Below, piece after piece: positions 1 to 11,858 of a DNA stretch of 64,000 nt; position 1 is the first letter of the stretch, and each line of letters begins with the position of its first letter. The notes beneath the pieces were generated by a model that saw only the letters and a program-made list of their open reading frames with translations, was not told the origin of the DNA and did not search any database. The translations under genes and the position numbers were made by a program. This DNA comes from Fistulifera solaris (taxonomy: Eukaryota). The stretch lies in assembly GCA_030295235.1 (NCBI GenBank), contig AP026154.1:310001-374000 (forward strand). The letters are read 5' to 3'.

Positions 1-2
1 CG

Positions 3-113
3 GAAGAAATTGCGATTCGCTGTGATGCGGTCGATCGCGTCAATGCCATCTTGGCGGAAGAAACGGCGAGCAAGTACGCGGCGCAAATTGTACAATCGGG
101 GGCCGTGTATTAA
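3..113 (+). CDS. 3' end of a gene that begins upstream of the window (EEIAIRCDAVDRVNAILAEETASKYAAQIVQSGAVY*)
   Basis: Open frame with coding-like codon use ending at TAA 111-113, followed by AT-rich 3' UTR-like sequence. Product not recognised. Confidence 0.55.
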   Translation, partial: EEIAIRCDAVDRVNAILAEETASKYAAQIVQSGAVY

Positions 114-1281
114 AGGCAGGGGAAAACGGCAATGAAGTAGGTATGGTTCCAGTGATCTGCAAATCGTGGATTTCAATCCAGCGATTAAGGTTTTCCGGAT
201 TCTTGTCGGTCGTAAAATGCTTAGGAGACAGGTCAAAATTCCGTCTGGAAGCAAAAAAAAAGGTTGTACGTAGAAGTGGAGCAATGATTCAGTAATATAA
301 TGTGCAATCACAGTTTTTAGAATTTTTATTTTTTAGTAAATGATACTTTAGTTAAATCATCCTCGTGTTGGATGCCTGCGGCAGGAAATCATCGACACAA
401 CATCATGCGTCATGCGTCAGCAATTTCCAGTTCCAGTCATTGAGTCACGGAGTCATCAGTCATCAGAGATAAGAGATAAAATAAATAATATTATGATAAT
501 ATATGATCCTCATCTTCACGATTCCAGAGAATTTTTGATACTTCTTCCCTGTGTCTTTTGTATTGTCTTTGTCATTTTGTCATCGAATTTAGAATTCAGA
601 CTGTCTTTGCATACAGTATACCCGTCGACAACAATTCTGACCACTAAGTCTTGGTCTTTGGTCGGCGGCAGTTCACTACTTGCAACTTGCAACGTATAAC
701 GGATTGAGATTACAAACAACGGACTACTGAAGAAAGTGGAAGTGAACCTGCTGGTCTGCTGGCGCTCACTGTCCTCGTCTTCTTTTAATCGATGCATCGT
801 TTTACCTCCCTTCGCTAATATTTCATTACTCATTCGAGTAATTTGGAAAGAGTCTTGTTTCACGTGATTCATTTATTTGTAACGTCTAAAAATAGAAGAT
901 GGATTTCAATCGTCGAGCTATCGCGAATCATCAAAGAATAGAATGAAACTGAAGACGTTAGCTGATTACGGTGCGACAGAGTGACGCACTTTTCGCAATG
1001 TGTCCACGTTGTGGAGAAAAAGACCCCACGCCCGACACAAGAGTAGAACATGACTGTAGCGATGTTGTGTAGCGTTCGAGATTGGATGATGATGACGTTG
1101 GTGCGGACGTCTGGCTTGGTACGATTTCGCGACGATTGTTCCTCCTCCCACGTCGTCGGCCGTCGGCATTATTTTTGTGCTCCACCCATCCGAATCTCCA
1201 AAGAAATTTTTCGTGTCCTTGCCCAACCAAGAGTCTTCCAAACGAAATCACCCATCCGTAGGGCTCGTTATAGAACCAACC

Positions 1282-3603
1282 ATGGCGAAACGATACAATG
1301 AGAAACGCGCCAAGCAAGCGATGGACGCCATTGAGCGAGAACTGGACAGTGGCTACGGCAGAACTGACTTTGATGATCTCGCTTCGCAAGACCTTCGCGA
1401 TGCCGCATTGGGCAAAGGAGAAGAAGAGTTGTTTGAAAAGAAATTGAGCAAGGAAGAGAAGAAAGCACGAGCCAAAGCGGCGCGTGAAGCCAAGAAGAAA
1501 GCCAAGTCGGGTGGTGGTGACGACGACGACGCGAAAGAAGGCATCAAACCGGTCGAAAGCACAAATGACGTTACCAAGTTGGAAATGACTCTCGAAGGAA
1601 CTTCGCTAGAAGACAAACGCGACGCCGCTTTGGAGAACTTGTCAAAAGAAAACATTGTGGTCACTTACGAAGCCAAGAAGGGTGTCTTACACGCTACTGC
1701 GCGTGATATTAACGTCAGTGGCGTCACCGTTACATTCCATGGAAAGCCTCTCATTGAAGAAACTGATATTGTTATTAACTACGGCAATCGATACGGATTC
1801 ATAGGGTAAGTTTTGTCGGGTACTTTGCTTGCTTGTTATTCTTGTTCTATGGGTGCTCTGTATTGTGGCTTTTCTTGTTTCTAACCAAGATACTTTACGC
1901 GTATAGACCGAACGGAAGTGGAAAGTCGACCATCATGAAGGCAATTGCCGCTCGTGCTATTCCTATTCCAGAGAATCTGGACATTTACTTTCTGAATGCG
2001 GAATACCCGGCACGCGATGATATTACGGCGCTCGAAGCTGTCATGGAATCGAATGAGGAAGTGCAACAACTAGAACAGAAGGCAGAACTGCTAAATCATG
2101 CCATGGCTGACGCCGACGAAGAGAAGCAGATCGAAATCCAGGATTCGTTGGAACAAATCTATAGTCGATTGGAGCAATTGGATGCGTCGAGTGCACAAGC
2201 GAGAGCAACACAGATTCTTTTCGGTCTAGGATTTACACAAAAAATGCAGCACATGAAAACAAAGGAATTTAGCGGTGGCTGGCGTATGCGAGTAGCATTG
2301 GCGAGAGCATTGTTCATTCAACCAGAATTTCTTCTATTGGGTACGTTTGATCTATTTATTTCATGAACTTATGCCTTCTGATTTTTCTAACCGTCGCTCA
2401 TCCTTCCTTCAGATGAACCGACCAATCATTTGGATATGGATGCCGTTTTGTGGTTAGAAGATTATTTGAGCAATTGGACCCGCATTCTATTTTTCGTATG
2501 TCACTCCCAGGATTTCATGAATTCGGTTTGTACGCACATTGTAAGACTTGATCAAACGTACAAAAAGTTGCGCTACTATTCGGGTAATTATGATATGTAT
2601 GTCCAGTTACGCCGTGATCAAGACATGGTTCAATGGCGTCAATATGAAGCGGAGCAGCGTGATATTGCCGAGATCAAAGATTTCATTGCGCGCTTCGGTC
2701 ATGGTACCGTAAAGATGGTACGTCAGGCACAGTCGCGTGAAAAGTTATTACAGAAGAAACTCGAGGCTGGTTTGACACCCAAGCCAGAAGTTGATCCGGA
2801 GTATGATTGGTCGTTTCCGGACGCTGGTGAATTGCCTGTGCCTGTCTTGCAAATTGAGACGGTCAGCTTTGCATATCCTGGGTCGGTGGAACTCTACAGT
2901 GCGGTTGATTTTGGAGTTGACCTTCAAACGCGAGTGGCGCTGGTAAGTAAATCATCATTTTCTCACGCTCGGAGACGATTATTCTCACTTTCAACGACCA
3001 TTGGGCTCTTGTATTTTCGATTTTTAGGTGGGTCCAAATGGCGCAGGAAAAACTACGTTATTTAAGATTATGACGGGCGATTTGCAGCCGACCAAGGGTC
3101 AGGTCAAGCGCAATATGCATTTGAAGATTTCGAGGTTCACCCAACATTTCGAGGATAAGCTAGATTTGAGCATGACGCCCTTGGCGTTTTTCAAAGAGAA
3201 GGTAATGCCTTCTGAACCCATTGAGAAGATTCGTCCTTTGCTTGGTCGTTATGGATGTTCTGGGGATCAACAAAGTCAGGTAATGAGTCAGTTGTCAGCA
3301 GGACAGAAAGCCCGAATTGTATTTGCTGTGATTGCACACGAGCGACCCCATCTTTTGCTACTAGATGAGCCCACGAATCCTCTGGACATGGAATCTATTG
3401 ACGCATTGGCTCGCTGTATTAACAAATTCAAGGGCGGGGTCGTCATGATCTCTCACGATATGCGACTGATTTCGCAGTGCGCCCAGCAAATTTATATTTG
3501 CGATGAAAAGAAGATAACGCGTTATGAAGGTGACATAATGAAGTTTAAGCTACAGTCAAAGAAGGAAAACAGCAAGAAGCTAGCCCAGCACATGAATGGT
3601 TAG
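1282..3603 (+). CDS. ABCF2: ABC-F family ATPase (ABCF2/ARB1-like, ribosome-associated). Exons 1282-1805, 1907-2340, 2413-2942, 3028-3603
   Basis: Two nucleotide-binding domains: Walker A GPNGSGKST and GPNGAGKTT, signatures FSGGW and LSAGQ, Walker B LLLDEPTN twice. No TM domains. Three GT-AG introns restore the frame. Confidence 0.92.
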
Positions 3604-3743
3604 GCAGGGGAAGCCATCAACACCACTTAGGTAAATCATAAAGTACATTTCTCAGGTTTTGAGTGTCTAGATGTTTTCCGGCTAGAAGATCTAAAATTCG
3701 CAAGCTATGTTTTAAAACTTTGAAAGTATGTGCAATTAACATT

Positions 3744-5484
3744 TCATCTGTACAACCTTCTTTGTAGTGCAACATTAATAGAGTAAGATATGGCCACAGC
3801 TAGAATGCCACCAGCGACTTCGAGTCCGATTCCTTTAATTCGTTTCCAAAATGCATTTCGCTGTGCTTGCCGCTTTTTCTCCTGTAAGAGTTCGTGACTC
3901 CTGCGAGCGATGCTGACACCATTCTCCATTTTAAAGTCCCAAGATATATACTCAAAATGAGCTTGAACGACCGAGTCGATTATTGCAGACTCTAACGTGT
4001 CAACCTGTGCTGATGCCGGTCGAGATATTTCCTCAAAGGACCAATCATGGGTGTTATTGGTGACATGCTTAAAATTCGGAGGCTTTAATATGCTGACTTT
4101 TTCGTGTCTAGTACGCAGTATATTTCCAATGACCATATGACAGCCATACTTTGCGACAGCGCACTCGGCTTTTTGGCGTAAAAGAGCGTGGTCCGTCTCT
4201 AGTTTGAATGATACAACAAACGAATTTGGTGCCCATTCTTGTCGTATGGACCCCATACGCTTCGGAACAGGCGACAACCGCAAAACAAGTGCGCCATCAG
4301 CGCTTTGCAATTTGTGTTCCGAGCGTTCTTCGTACGGAATGTAAAAGTCACTCACTGCTGCCGCCAAAAAGAAAAGGGCCAGGCTGTTGCAGTCGCGGAG
4401 TGTCGTAGCACAAAGCTCTAATTTTCCCAAGTAATCTTCAACGGAACGGAAATTGATGGTAAGAAGGCGGCCTTCAGAAAGGGCACAGGACCTTTCACGA
4501 AGCATACGCTGAATATGCGATGAAAAGATGAGGCCCCGATGAAGCGATAATTCATCTGGTTGTTGCTGCTTCTTACGACCATTACTCGTTACTTCATCGG
4601 CTGGTTCCGATAGCCAAGGATCGCCGTGCAAGACTGATTGAACCATATCTTCATCTTCGTCTTCGCCTCGAATGGCAAACAATTTTCCCAGTGATTCCAC
4701 CGACAAACTCTGATTCGCTGCGGGAAGCCCCAAATATTGTGACAGCACTCGAGCATACGGTGCTGCGCTACCCGTTCGTTGTAAATGCACCACCGCATAA
4801 CCTCGTTTCAAAAAAATCCTCCACAGCAATCGCTCCGCGTAGGCCGGTGCTAAAGTTATCCAAACATCGTACACTGTTCAATTCCAAATCAGCCACCGTC
4901 CCTCCCGAAGTCACCACCGCCAGTGGACGATGATGCACGGCATGTTGCGCCACAAATTCATCTAACGCTTGCTGTACTTCGATGCGATCGGGCAGTAAAT
5001 GTACAAAATCAGGCTCTACTGGTACATTTGAACAAGGCGTTTCATCTTCCATATCTTTCTCCGTGAACATGTGAGGTGTTTTGCGCAAGACGGGTTGATC
5101 CGCGAAGGGTTTGACCGGTGTTTGACGGGTCTCCAATTCACTCGCCCGAGCGGACACCACACCCGGTGCAATCTCCACTGTTCCTTTTTTCGGTGTCAAA
5201 CGATTGACCGGTTCGGAATAATCGGTAGTCGGTTTCTGTGGAAACAAAGATGTCTTTGTGATGGGAACCTCTTCTTCCGTCAATTGGAATGCGTGCAATA
5301 TTTCTTCGGCTTCGATTCGCTTTTTCCGATTCTCTTCTTTCAAAGCCTCAAGTTTGTTTTCCTCCACGACATCACCGCGATAATTCTGTAAATTCTCGGC
5401 AGATTCTTTTTGTCGCTGCCGATCCTTTTGCCACGTGTCCACTGCCCGGGTTCGTAAGGAGAGGAGATGGAATTGATGAGCCAT
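3744..5484 (-). CDS. PPCS: Phosphopantothenate-cysteine ligase with N-terminal extension and C-terminal hydrophobic tail; one frameshift at the A7 run 4810-4816
   Basis: Motifs VVTSGGTVADLELNSVRCLDNFSTGLRGA, FFLAAAVSDFYIP, HKLQS, FVVSFKLETD and VIGNIL. Removing one base joins the two ORFs as EDFLKRGYAVVHLQR. Confidence 0.88.
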
Positions 5485-5852
5485 ACGTCATCAACGAAGC
5501 GATTACCAATGGTCTCCCATTCAATACTTACTCTTTTTTATCAGCCGTTAAATGCAGATTTTAATAAAGAAAAGGAGGTTTGGTGTTCGAGGGTCCGACG
5601 ACGATGTATAGGACACTGCACATACTAAATATCTTTCATTATTTTGTGTTTTTGCCTGAAAACGTTTTTTTCTCATCGGACAATGTGTCTTCGGCTTGGA
5701 CGGGTGATGTGCAGACTGTAGCGGGTTCCCTCTATCTATCTATCAATTAGACTGCTTCCAGCTGTGCATGTAAAGAATGTTTGATAGCGATTCGCAAACA
5801 CTCGAAAACGATAACGTTCGTAGTCATAGATGCTACTGTAGACGCGAAAAGA

Positions 5853-5878
5853 CTCTCTCTCTAGAGAGAGAGAGAGAC
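5853..5878. repeat. (CT)5-(AG)n inverted microsatellite with a 20-bp perfect palindrome
   Basis: ctctctctct-agagagagag at 5853-5872, inside the divergent intergenic region between PPCS and the ARM gene. Confidence 0.85.
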
Positions 5879-6555
5879 TAGGAGAAAGCATCTCATGATT
5901 CATTCATGATTGAATTCCAGTCGTGGTCAGAACCGAACAACACTTAGCGCGATAGTAAAGGCTGCGAATGGTAGGAACGCAGGTTTTGGGACAAAAGCCT
6001 CGGCGGCATCGCTGCCGGTTGAGCGCACCATTGCAAGTAATTGCCAACTTCTTGAGACGCAATCAAACCTGAACGATCTACTAGAGAGCCTCATCGTTTT
6101 ATGCAACTATCAAGTGATTCAAAAGCTTAGCAAAGATATCTTAGCCAATACGTTAACTTTGGAGACAAAACGAATGATAAGGTAAATGAATGAAAAAGCT
6201 CTTCTTCTTTCCGGTTTGGTTTTCTTATTTTGGATCTCCAAACGTTTTTCTGCTAACATTCCGACGTCAGTTGCGCTTGATAATTGAAGCAATATTTAGA
6301 TGGGCATTGCTGAAAATAAGATAAATTCTACTTTGATGGGAGCACGAAACCTGGCAATAGGATGATGATTCGTTCATGAGGAGTCGTCGTCGTGTAGGGA
6401 AACGGGCAACAAATTGAGCTATAGTAAAGTTTGACAAGCAACAGGCGGCTTTTTTTTTCTTCCTTCATCTCTCTTGGTCCTTTGCAGTTTTCCATTTTCT
6501 GATTCGGCTCTTTCTTTGTTTCACTCGACAAACAAGAGAACTGTCAATTGGATCG

Positions 6556-7746
6556 ATGATGAAACAGGGCTCTTTGTTTTGGGCGCCGGACGGCAGTCCC
6601 CGGTTCCCCATTGTAACGTTAGTGTCGATCCTTCCCCTGATCTACACGGGTCACTATCATTGGGCGTTCACGGCACTGTTCGCGACATTCCTCACGGCGT
6701 GTTGCAACGCCATGGATGACTTGGATATGGAGACGAAAACGGACATTCGATTGAATGTTATGAGTCCGGAAGATATTGTGCACGAACTAGAAAAGGCCAC
6801 CGGAGCCGAAGCGGATCGGACGACAATTGCTGCCACGGGCTTGAGACAATTGTCACAGAAGTATCATAAACAATCCACTAAATTAACGAATCAGCCGATT
6901 CCTTCTGTCCGAAAAGATCAGATACAGCGCCTCGAAGAACTGGCCCTGCTCAGTCAGCAAGCGGCGTACTTGGCCTTGCACCAGTGTCCTCATGACGATA
7001 CCGTCGTCGCGGGTGCCATCTCTTTGTTGGCGCTTCTTGCCAAACACGAAGCGGTGCGAGAACGACATGTGCAACAGGCGGATGTGTACGGACTCGATGT
7101 GCCCCTGCGGTGCATCCGGGATGCATTGGAACGGGCCCAGGAAAGTAATAGTGATGTGGAACAACTGAACGAGTGCGAGCGCTTCAATGATATGTCGGTG
7201 GCCCAGCAACAAGCCGAATTGCAACGAAAGGCGTGTTTGTGGTTGGGGGCGCTGGCGGGTGGCCTAAACGATCTTGTAGTACAGGAAGGAGGTCTCCAAA
7301 TTTTGTTGAGCGCCGCGGGGTGGTACCGGAATCATTCGGAAGTTGTGAATTGGGCGTTGTGGGCGATGTTTGAACTCTGTCAGGACAACGTCAAACGAAA
7401 AGCCGCTTTAGTGGAATTGAACGGTGTAACTTGTATTTTACAAGCTATGGAGACGACTGTGACCGAGTCGGTGGAAGTAGCACGTCATGGATTGGCTATT
7501 ATTTTTGATATTATGCGGACGGACCCACAAGAGTTCATTGTGCTAGACGGACCCTTGATTGACATGCACAAGGTCAAAAATGCGGCTCTGATTGCGGGAA
7601 TTCACTCTATTTGTTTAGCAGCCATGAAATCCTATTCGGATAAGGCCGAAATCATGATGCTTGGGCAAGCGCTTCTTGTTGGGACTAGTTATGGTGGGGA
7701 AATACCGACATTCACGGGCCCGAACGTGCACGAGAGGCTGAAATGA
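6556..7746 (+). CDS. Armadillo/HEAT-like repeat protein with N-terminal hydrophobic segments
   Basis: 396-aa ORF. Hydrophobic N-terminus, then ARM-like helices (LQRKACLWLGALA, VQEGGLQILLSA, VVNWALWAMFELC, LVELNGVTCILQAM). Confidence 0.75.
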   Translation: MMKQGSLFWAPDGSPRFPIVTLVSILPLIYTGHYHWAFTALFATFLTACCNAMDDLDMETKTDIRLNVMSPEDIVHELEKATGAEADRTTIAATGLRQLSQKYHKQSTKLTNQPIPSVRKDQIQRLEELALLSQQAAYLALHQCPHDDTVVAGAISLLALLAKHEAVRERHVQQADVYGLDVPLRCIRDALERAQESNSDVEQLNECERFNDMSVAQQQAELQRKACLWLGALAGGLNDLVVQEGGLQILLSAAGWYRNHSEVVNWALWAMFELCQDNVKRKAALVELNGVTCILQAMETTVTESVEVARHGLAIIFDIMRTDPQEFIVLDGPLIDMHKVKNAALIAGIHSICLAAMKSYSDKAEIMMLGQALLVGTSYGGEIPTFTGPNVHERLK

Positions 7747-8290
7747 GGAGATTGCGGCAGTTAATATGAAATTCGTCAAGCCACAAGCAAGCTTGCTAAT
7801 CAGACTTGTCAGAATAAATTCATGCTTTAAGGATCGGGCTACGCTTTATGTCTGCGTGGGTCTCGAGTCTCGAGTCGATGTCATCAATTACACTTTTCTT
7901 TACAGTAAACCTACCATCGTGTACACGTCATCGGTTTTTCAGCCGATTTGAATGACGTTCGCCAACATCAGCGAAGGGCAATTGTAATTGTAACTACGCA
8001 CCTTTACTTTTTTACACGAAAGTAGTCTTGTGAAGCGGTTGTACTTTCAGTTTCTGATGGAGTGTCAAGCGCAATGGCCACGTCGGATGAATTTGAATTG
8101 AACATCGGAAAGCGTTCCATGGAGTGTAGGCGGAGAAGTAGACTACGCTTTAGCGCTCGCCGAGTGCGAAAAACCAAGAAAAGGAGAGGGGAAAGAGGTC
8201 ACTGCCATCACTTTTGCGTTGAACTAAAAATCTTCCCCCGATTTCCCATTTTGCGTCTTTCGTGTGTGTTCAAAAGACAATAAACAAACA

Positions 8291-8572
8291 ATGCCCAGAA
8301 TTCTTTCACGTAATCCCTTTCTATATCGACGACGACGAAGCAGCCTGACGCCGTCGACCTACGTCAGATCAACTAGCTCGCTAAAAGATGAGTCGCTTTC
8401 GCCTTTATCGGCGAGCTCCTTTTCATTCAAAGCTCCTCAGCTTCCACCCAAACAGCTATTTGCCATGGTGGATGATAACGAAACCTGGGGGCAATTTGTA
8501 GATCCCTCGGAAGTTGATGCAGATTTTGTACGGAGAAGTAAAATCCTCTCTCGATGCGCATCTGCTATGTAA
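8291..8572 (+). CDS. Small Ser/Arg-rich hypothetical protein with a WGQFVD motif
   Basis: ATG in an aacaATG context; 93-codon ORF. Not assignable to a family. Confidence 0.55.
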   Translation: MPRILSRNPFLYRRRRSSLTPSTYVRSTSSLKDESLSPLSASSFSFKAPQLPPKQLFAMVDDNETWGQFVDPSEVDADFVRRSKILSRCASAM

Positions 8573-8783
8573 TTGCATCGTTCATCAATCCAGTTGCCCC
8601 TGTTATCGGAATGAATTTTTCAAAATCCTGTGTTTGTCTACTACGCTAAAGAAGGAAAGGCTGCTATATATGCTACTTCCACTCGACCCGTGTCTCCCAG
8701 CTTTGCTAAATATTTTGCTATTGTTACAATTAACTGCTATGAAATCTAAAAAGCCAGAAATTAGAAAGCTAAAGTTTACCATT

Positions 8784-10977
8784 TTACCCCTTTTTCGCTC
8801 TCTTTCTCATACGCTCTCGCAAAAGAATCCTTCGTTGTTGTTCCGTCAACTTCTCTGTCGTTTTCTCCTTTTCGGCTTCGGCCGCTTGCCTTACTTCAGC
8901 ATCGTAGTCGTCTTGGCAACGAGTACACAAACGGTCCGCGTCATTCGGGCCCCGGCCTTTGTAACATGGAGCTTCGGGCTTTCGAAGATCGGGAGGAAAA
9001 GACCGCGCGAGGCGGTGGCTGCCACCAGGACGGGGGCTGTAGATGCCGTTTGGCAATGTGCTTGCACACCATTTCGAGGTAATCCAACAAGGCCCTTCGT
9101 CCAACATACTTCTCATAAAAGAGTTTGGCGTTTTCGCCAATTTTGCGGCATTCATCGTCATGAGCACGACACCAGGCTATTTTCTCTTCCAAGTCACTCA
9201 AGTCGGCCTTCACGGGGACGTGATCGTGATAGGGTTTGAGCAGAGGAAAGTACCACATGCGATCTGCAACTTGTCGGGGCTCGACTTTTAATATTACAGA
9301 GCCGAGACGCATCATAAAGCCATAACGACATGCGGCACAATGCCCGTCGACATAAACCAAGTATTTGTATTTCGATTGTTCATAAATAGGTGTGAAGTGG
9401 TGGCGACCTGCTGTGAATTCAAATTCTTTGGGACCTGTTTTCGATCGAACAGATGAGATAGAATTTGTTAGCTAATATACAAGGAACACAAAAGCACAAT
9501 GAGCTCAGACTCTAGCGAATGCTACTCACGAAGAAAGGTCATGGGACTATCTGCAATCTTCTTGTCCCGCACTGCAAAAACGGAATGAAGAAAGAAGAAG
9601 AAGTGAGAAAGAGAGGCACAATAAAACAAAACAGTTCTTTACAGCAAAACTCACAATTCCAACCCACAATGGCTCCATCTAGATAGGGTTCTTCTCCTCC
9701 TTTGACGGGATCGTCTTTCCATGCGTGTGACAGATACGCTACTTTGAGGCGTTGATTATTCTCAATGGTGGTTCCTCCGCCCGTAGCCGTACCCCGAAAG
9801 AAAGCGGTGGCGATACGCCCATCATCCCAAGCCCGTTCAAATTTGCGAAAGTTGGCTTCCGTGAACAAATCTCGGGGACTGCCATTCATCTCAATGGTGC
9901 CATCGGGCAAAGTCTCGTGCATAAACGTATGCGGGAACACTAAACCACAGGCTGCTTCCCAATCTTCAGAACTGGGCCAAGGAATATCCGTGAAACGATC
10001 AGGTGCAGCCGCGTAAAACGAGACAATGGGAGCATACGTCGCAAATTTGTGTTCTTCAACCAAATCCACATCTTGCTCCGGATCTCGATCGTCTTTATCA
10101 AAAATGAATCCGTACGGCTCAACGGGAACGCCACGTTCAATATTCACTTTGAGTTGTGGATAGTCACGTTTGTTCAAGAAGAACTCACAATCGGGCAATT
10201 TCCGTTCCCGGGCCGCCTCTCCTAGCATATCCCGCAAGGGTGCCAAAAATGATCCCCCCAATGCTGCGATTTGGATTGGTCTTCTAATTTCGTCAATTCG
10301 TTGCAAATGATGTTTCCGTTGGCCCACCACTTGGAGCGATCGGGTTCGACTTGTTCTTCGCGGTACAATCCCGCCTTTTGCAAATAATACGTTTCCAAAT
10401 CATTGACTTCCATTTGCAAACGATCACCCCAGACATTTCGGTACTGATCATTTACGAACGGCGCAAAGATGCGGAGTTTTCCGTTCCGGATCATGACGTA
10501 AATCCCAAATTTCATGTGATAGAACAAATACTTTAACGAATTCAGAACACTGGCCGGTGTCGTACACCGGTGAAACGGTACATCCAATCGTTGCGCAATG
10601 GCTTGTACAGCCGGCCAAGCTTCTTCGGCTTCGTAAATATTTTGCGAAGATAGTATTGGAGCCGTTCCGTAATTCCGAGGGACGCGAGGAGCCAACGATG
10701 TTTCTTTCCGTGCCTGTTCCATGTTGGGTAACAACCATTTTTCAATTTGCTCCCAACCGATCAGTGTCGTAAATATGTGTTGTAGATGCGGAAAATCGGG
10801 ATTGCTGCCACCGTGAGATTTGACGTATTGTTCCATGAATTCGGAACATTCCTGTTTGGAGGCAAAGCGGGGCACGCCATTGGGAAAGGACGAGGTTGCC
10901 TCGAGCCACTGCAACGAATCACCCTTGGGACCGAATAATCCCCGGATTTCCGGTGAGGGTCGTCCCGAAACTACCAT
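8784..10977 (-). CDS. Glycosyltransferase family 90 (CAP10/POGLUT-like). Introns 9572-9654 and 9435-9529; homopolymer frameshifts near 10245 and 8997
   Basis: Motifs EFFLNKRDYP, AFFRGTATG, YKYLVYVDGHCAACRY and WYFPLLKPYHDHVPVKADLSDLEEKIAW. GT-AG introns join the exons in frame. Confidence 0.82.
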
Positions 10978-11270
10978 TGATTGTTGTGCTGAGATCCTTG
11001 AAGAACAAGTCTATCAAATCATATTAAAGTCAATGATTTAGATGTAACATCATGGTGATATAGCGAAACGATGCGAGCGATCACACGGACCCGGATAGAG
11101 GTATTCGTGATTGATATTCAGTCCTGATGGCGTTCCGTTTCCACTTTGGCGTCAAGCGAAAAGTAAAGAGACAGCGTTTCTCATCGTGTCTCAACATAGA
11201 GGAGTGAGGCGTCGATTGTTAATGCAATGGAAGCTGTTTTTATCAAATTAAAGACATCATTCGCAAACCC

Positions 11271-11640
11271 AAAGTAGTTGATCAAACGGATATTTAGTCG
11301 CAGTCGAGGTCAAGCCATTTGTTACTCGTGAAACCATTGCCGTCGTGGTAAAGTTGATAGTACACTTTGGCGTGGAGTGATAAGACAAAAAGTAACGACC
11401 CGCAAGGATATTCGGCGTCAACAATGAGAGCGAACATGATAAATGCTCTATGAAAGATAATATTTCATCGCAATACAAGGCAAATTTTGATGACTAAAGT
11501 TACCGATCATGACGGAACTTTGTAGTCGCAGTCGGATCACTATTGACTCTTGACTCAATCGCAGTCGTGGTGAAAGGTCGCCAACACTTGGATCTATAGT
11601 AAGGACCGGCTACATCGGAACGGCACCGATAATGACAGAT
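11271..11640. repeat. Degenerate two-copy direct repeat, period about 225 bp
   Basis: Shared blocks tagtcgcagtcg, gtcgtggt-aaag, acactt and agtaa-gacc at 11271-11430 and 11496-11640. Confidence 0.65.
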
Positions 11641-11858
11641 ACTGAATACCGCAACACCAACGGCCCTTCTTTTCAAAGCTGCTTGTTGCGATTGCTGCAC
11701 TTTTGTGGCTATCCATTCATCCTAAAGATTGCAACAAAATACGTGTCTTTCGACTTTTCTGCTGCTATCTTCTACTTACTATTCTTGTTTCTTGATTTGA
11801 ATGACTATTTTCTGTATCAACTGAAGCATTCACGTGAACAAGCGCACAACAAAATCAA

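Noticed and set aside
516..1241. Minus-strand ORFs 516-872 and 966-1241 as a gene
   Set aside because: No recognisable motif and no splice or frameshift solution that joins them convincingly.
4800..4820. Programmed ribosomal frameshift at the T-run in PPCS
   Set aside because: It is one of many homopolymer indels in both directions across unrelated genes; assembly error is simpler.
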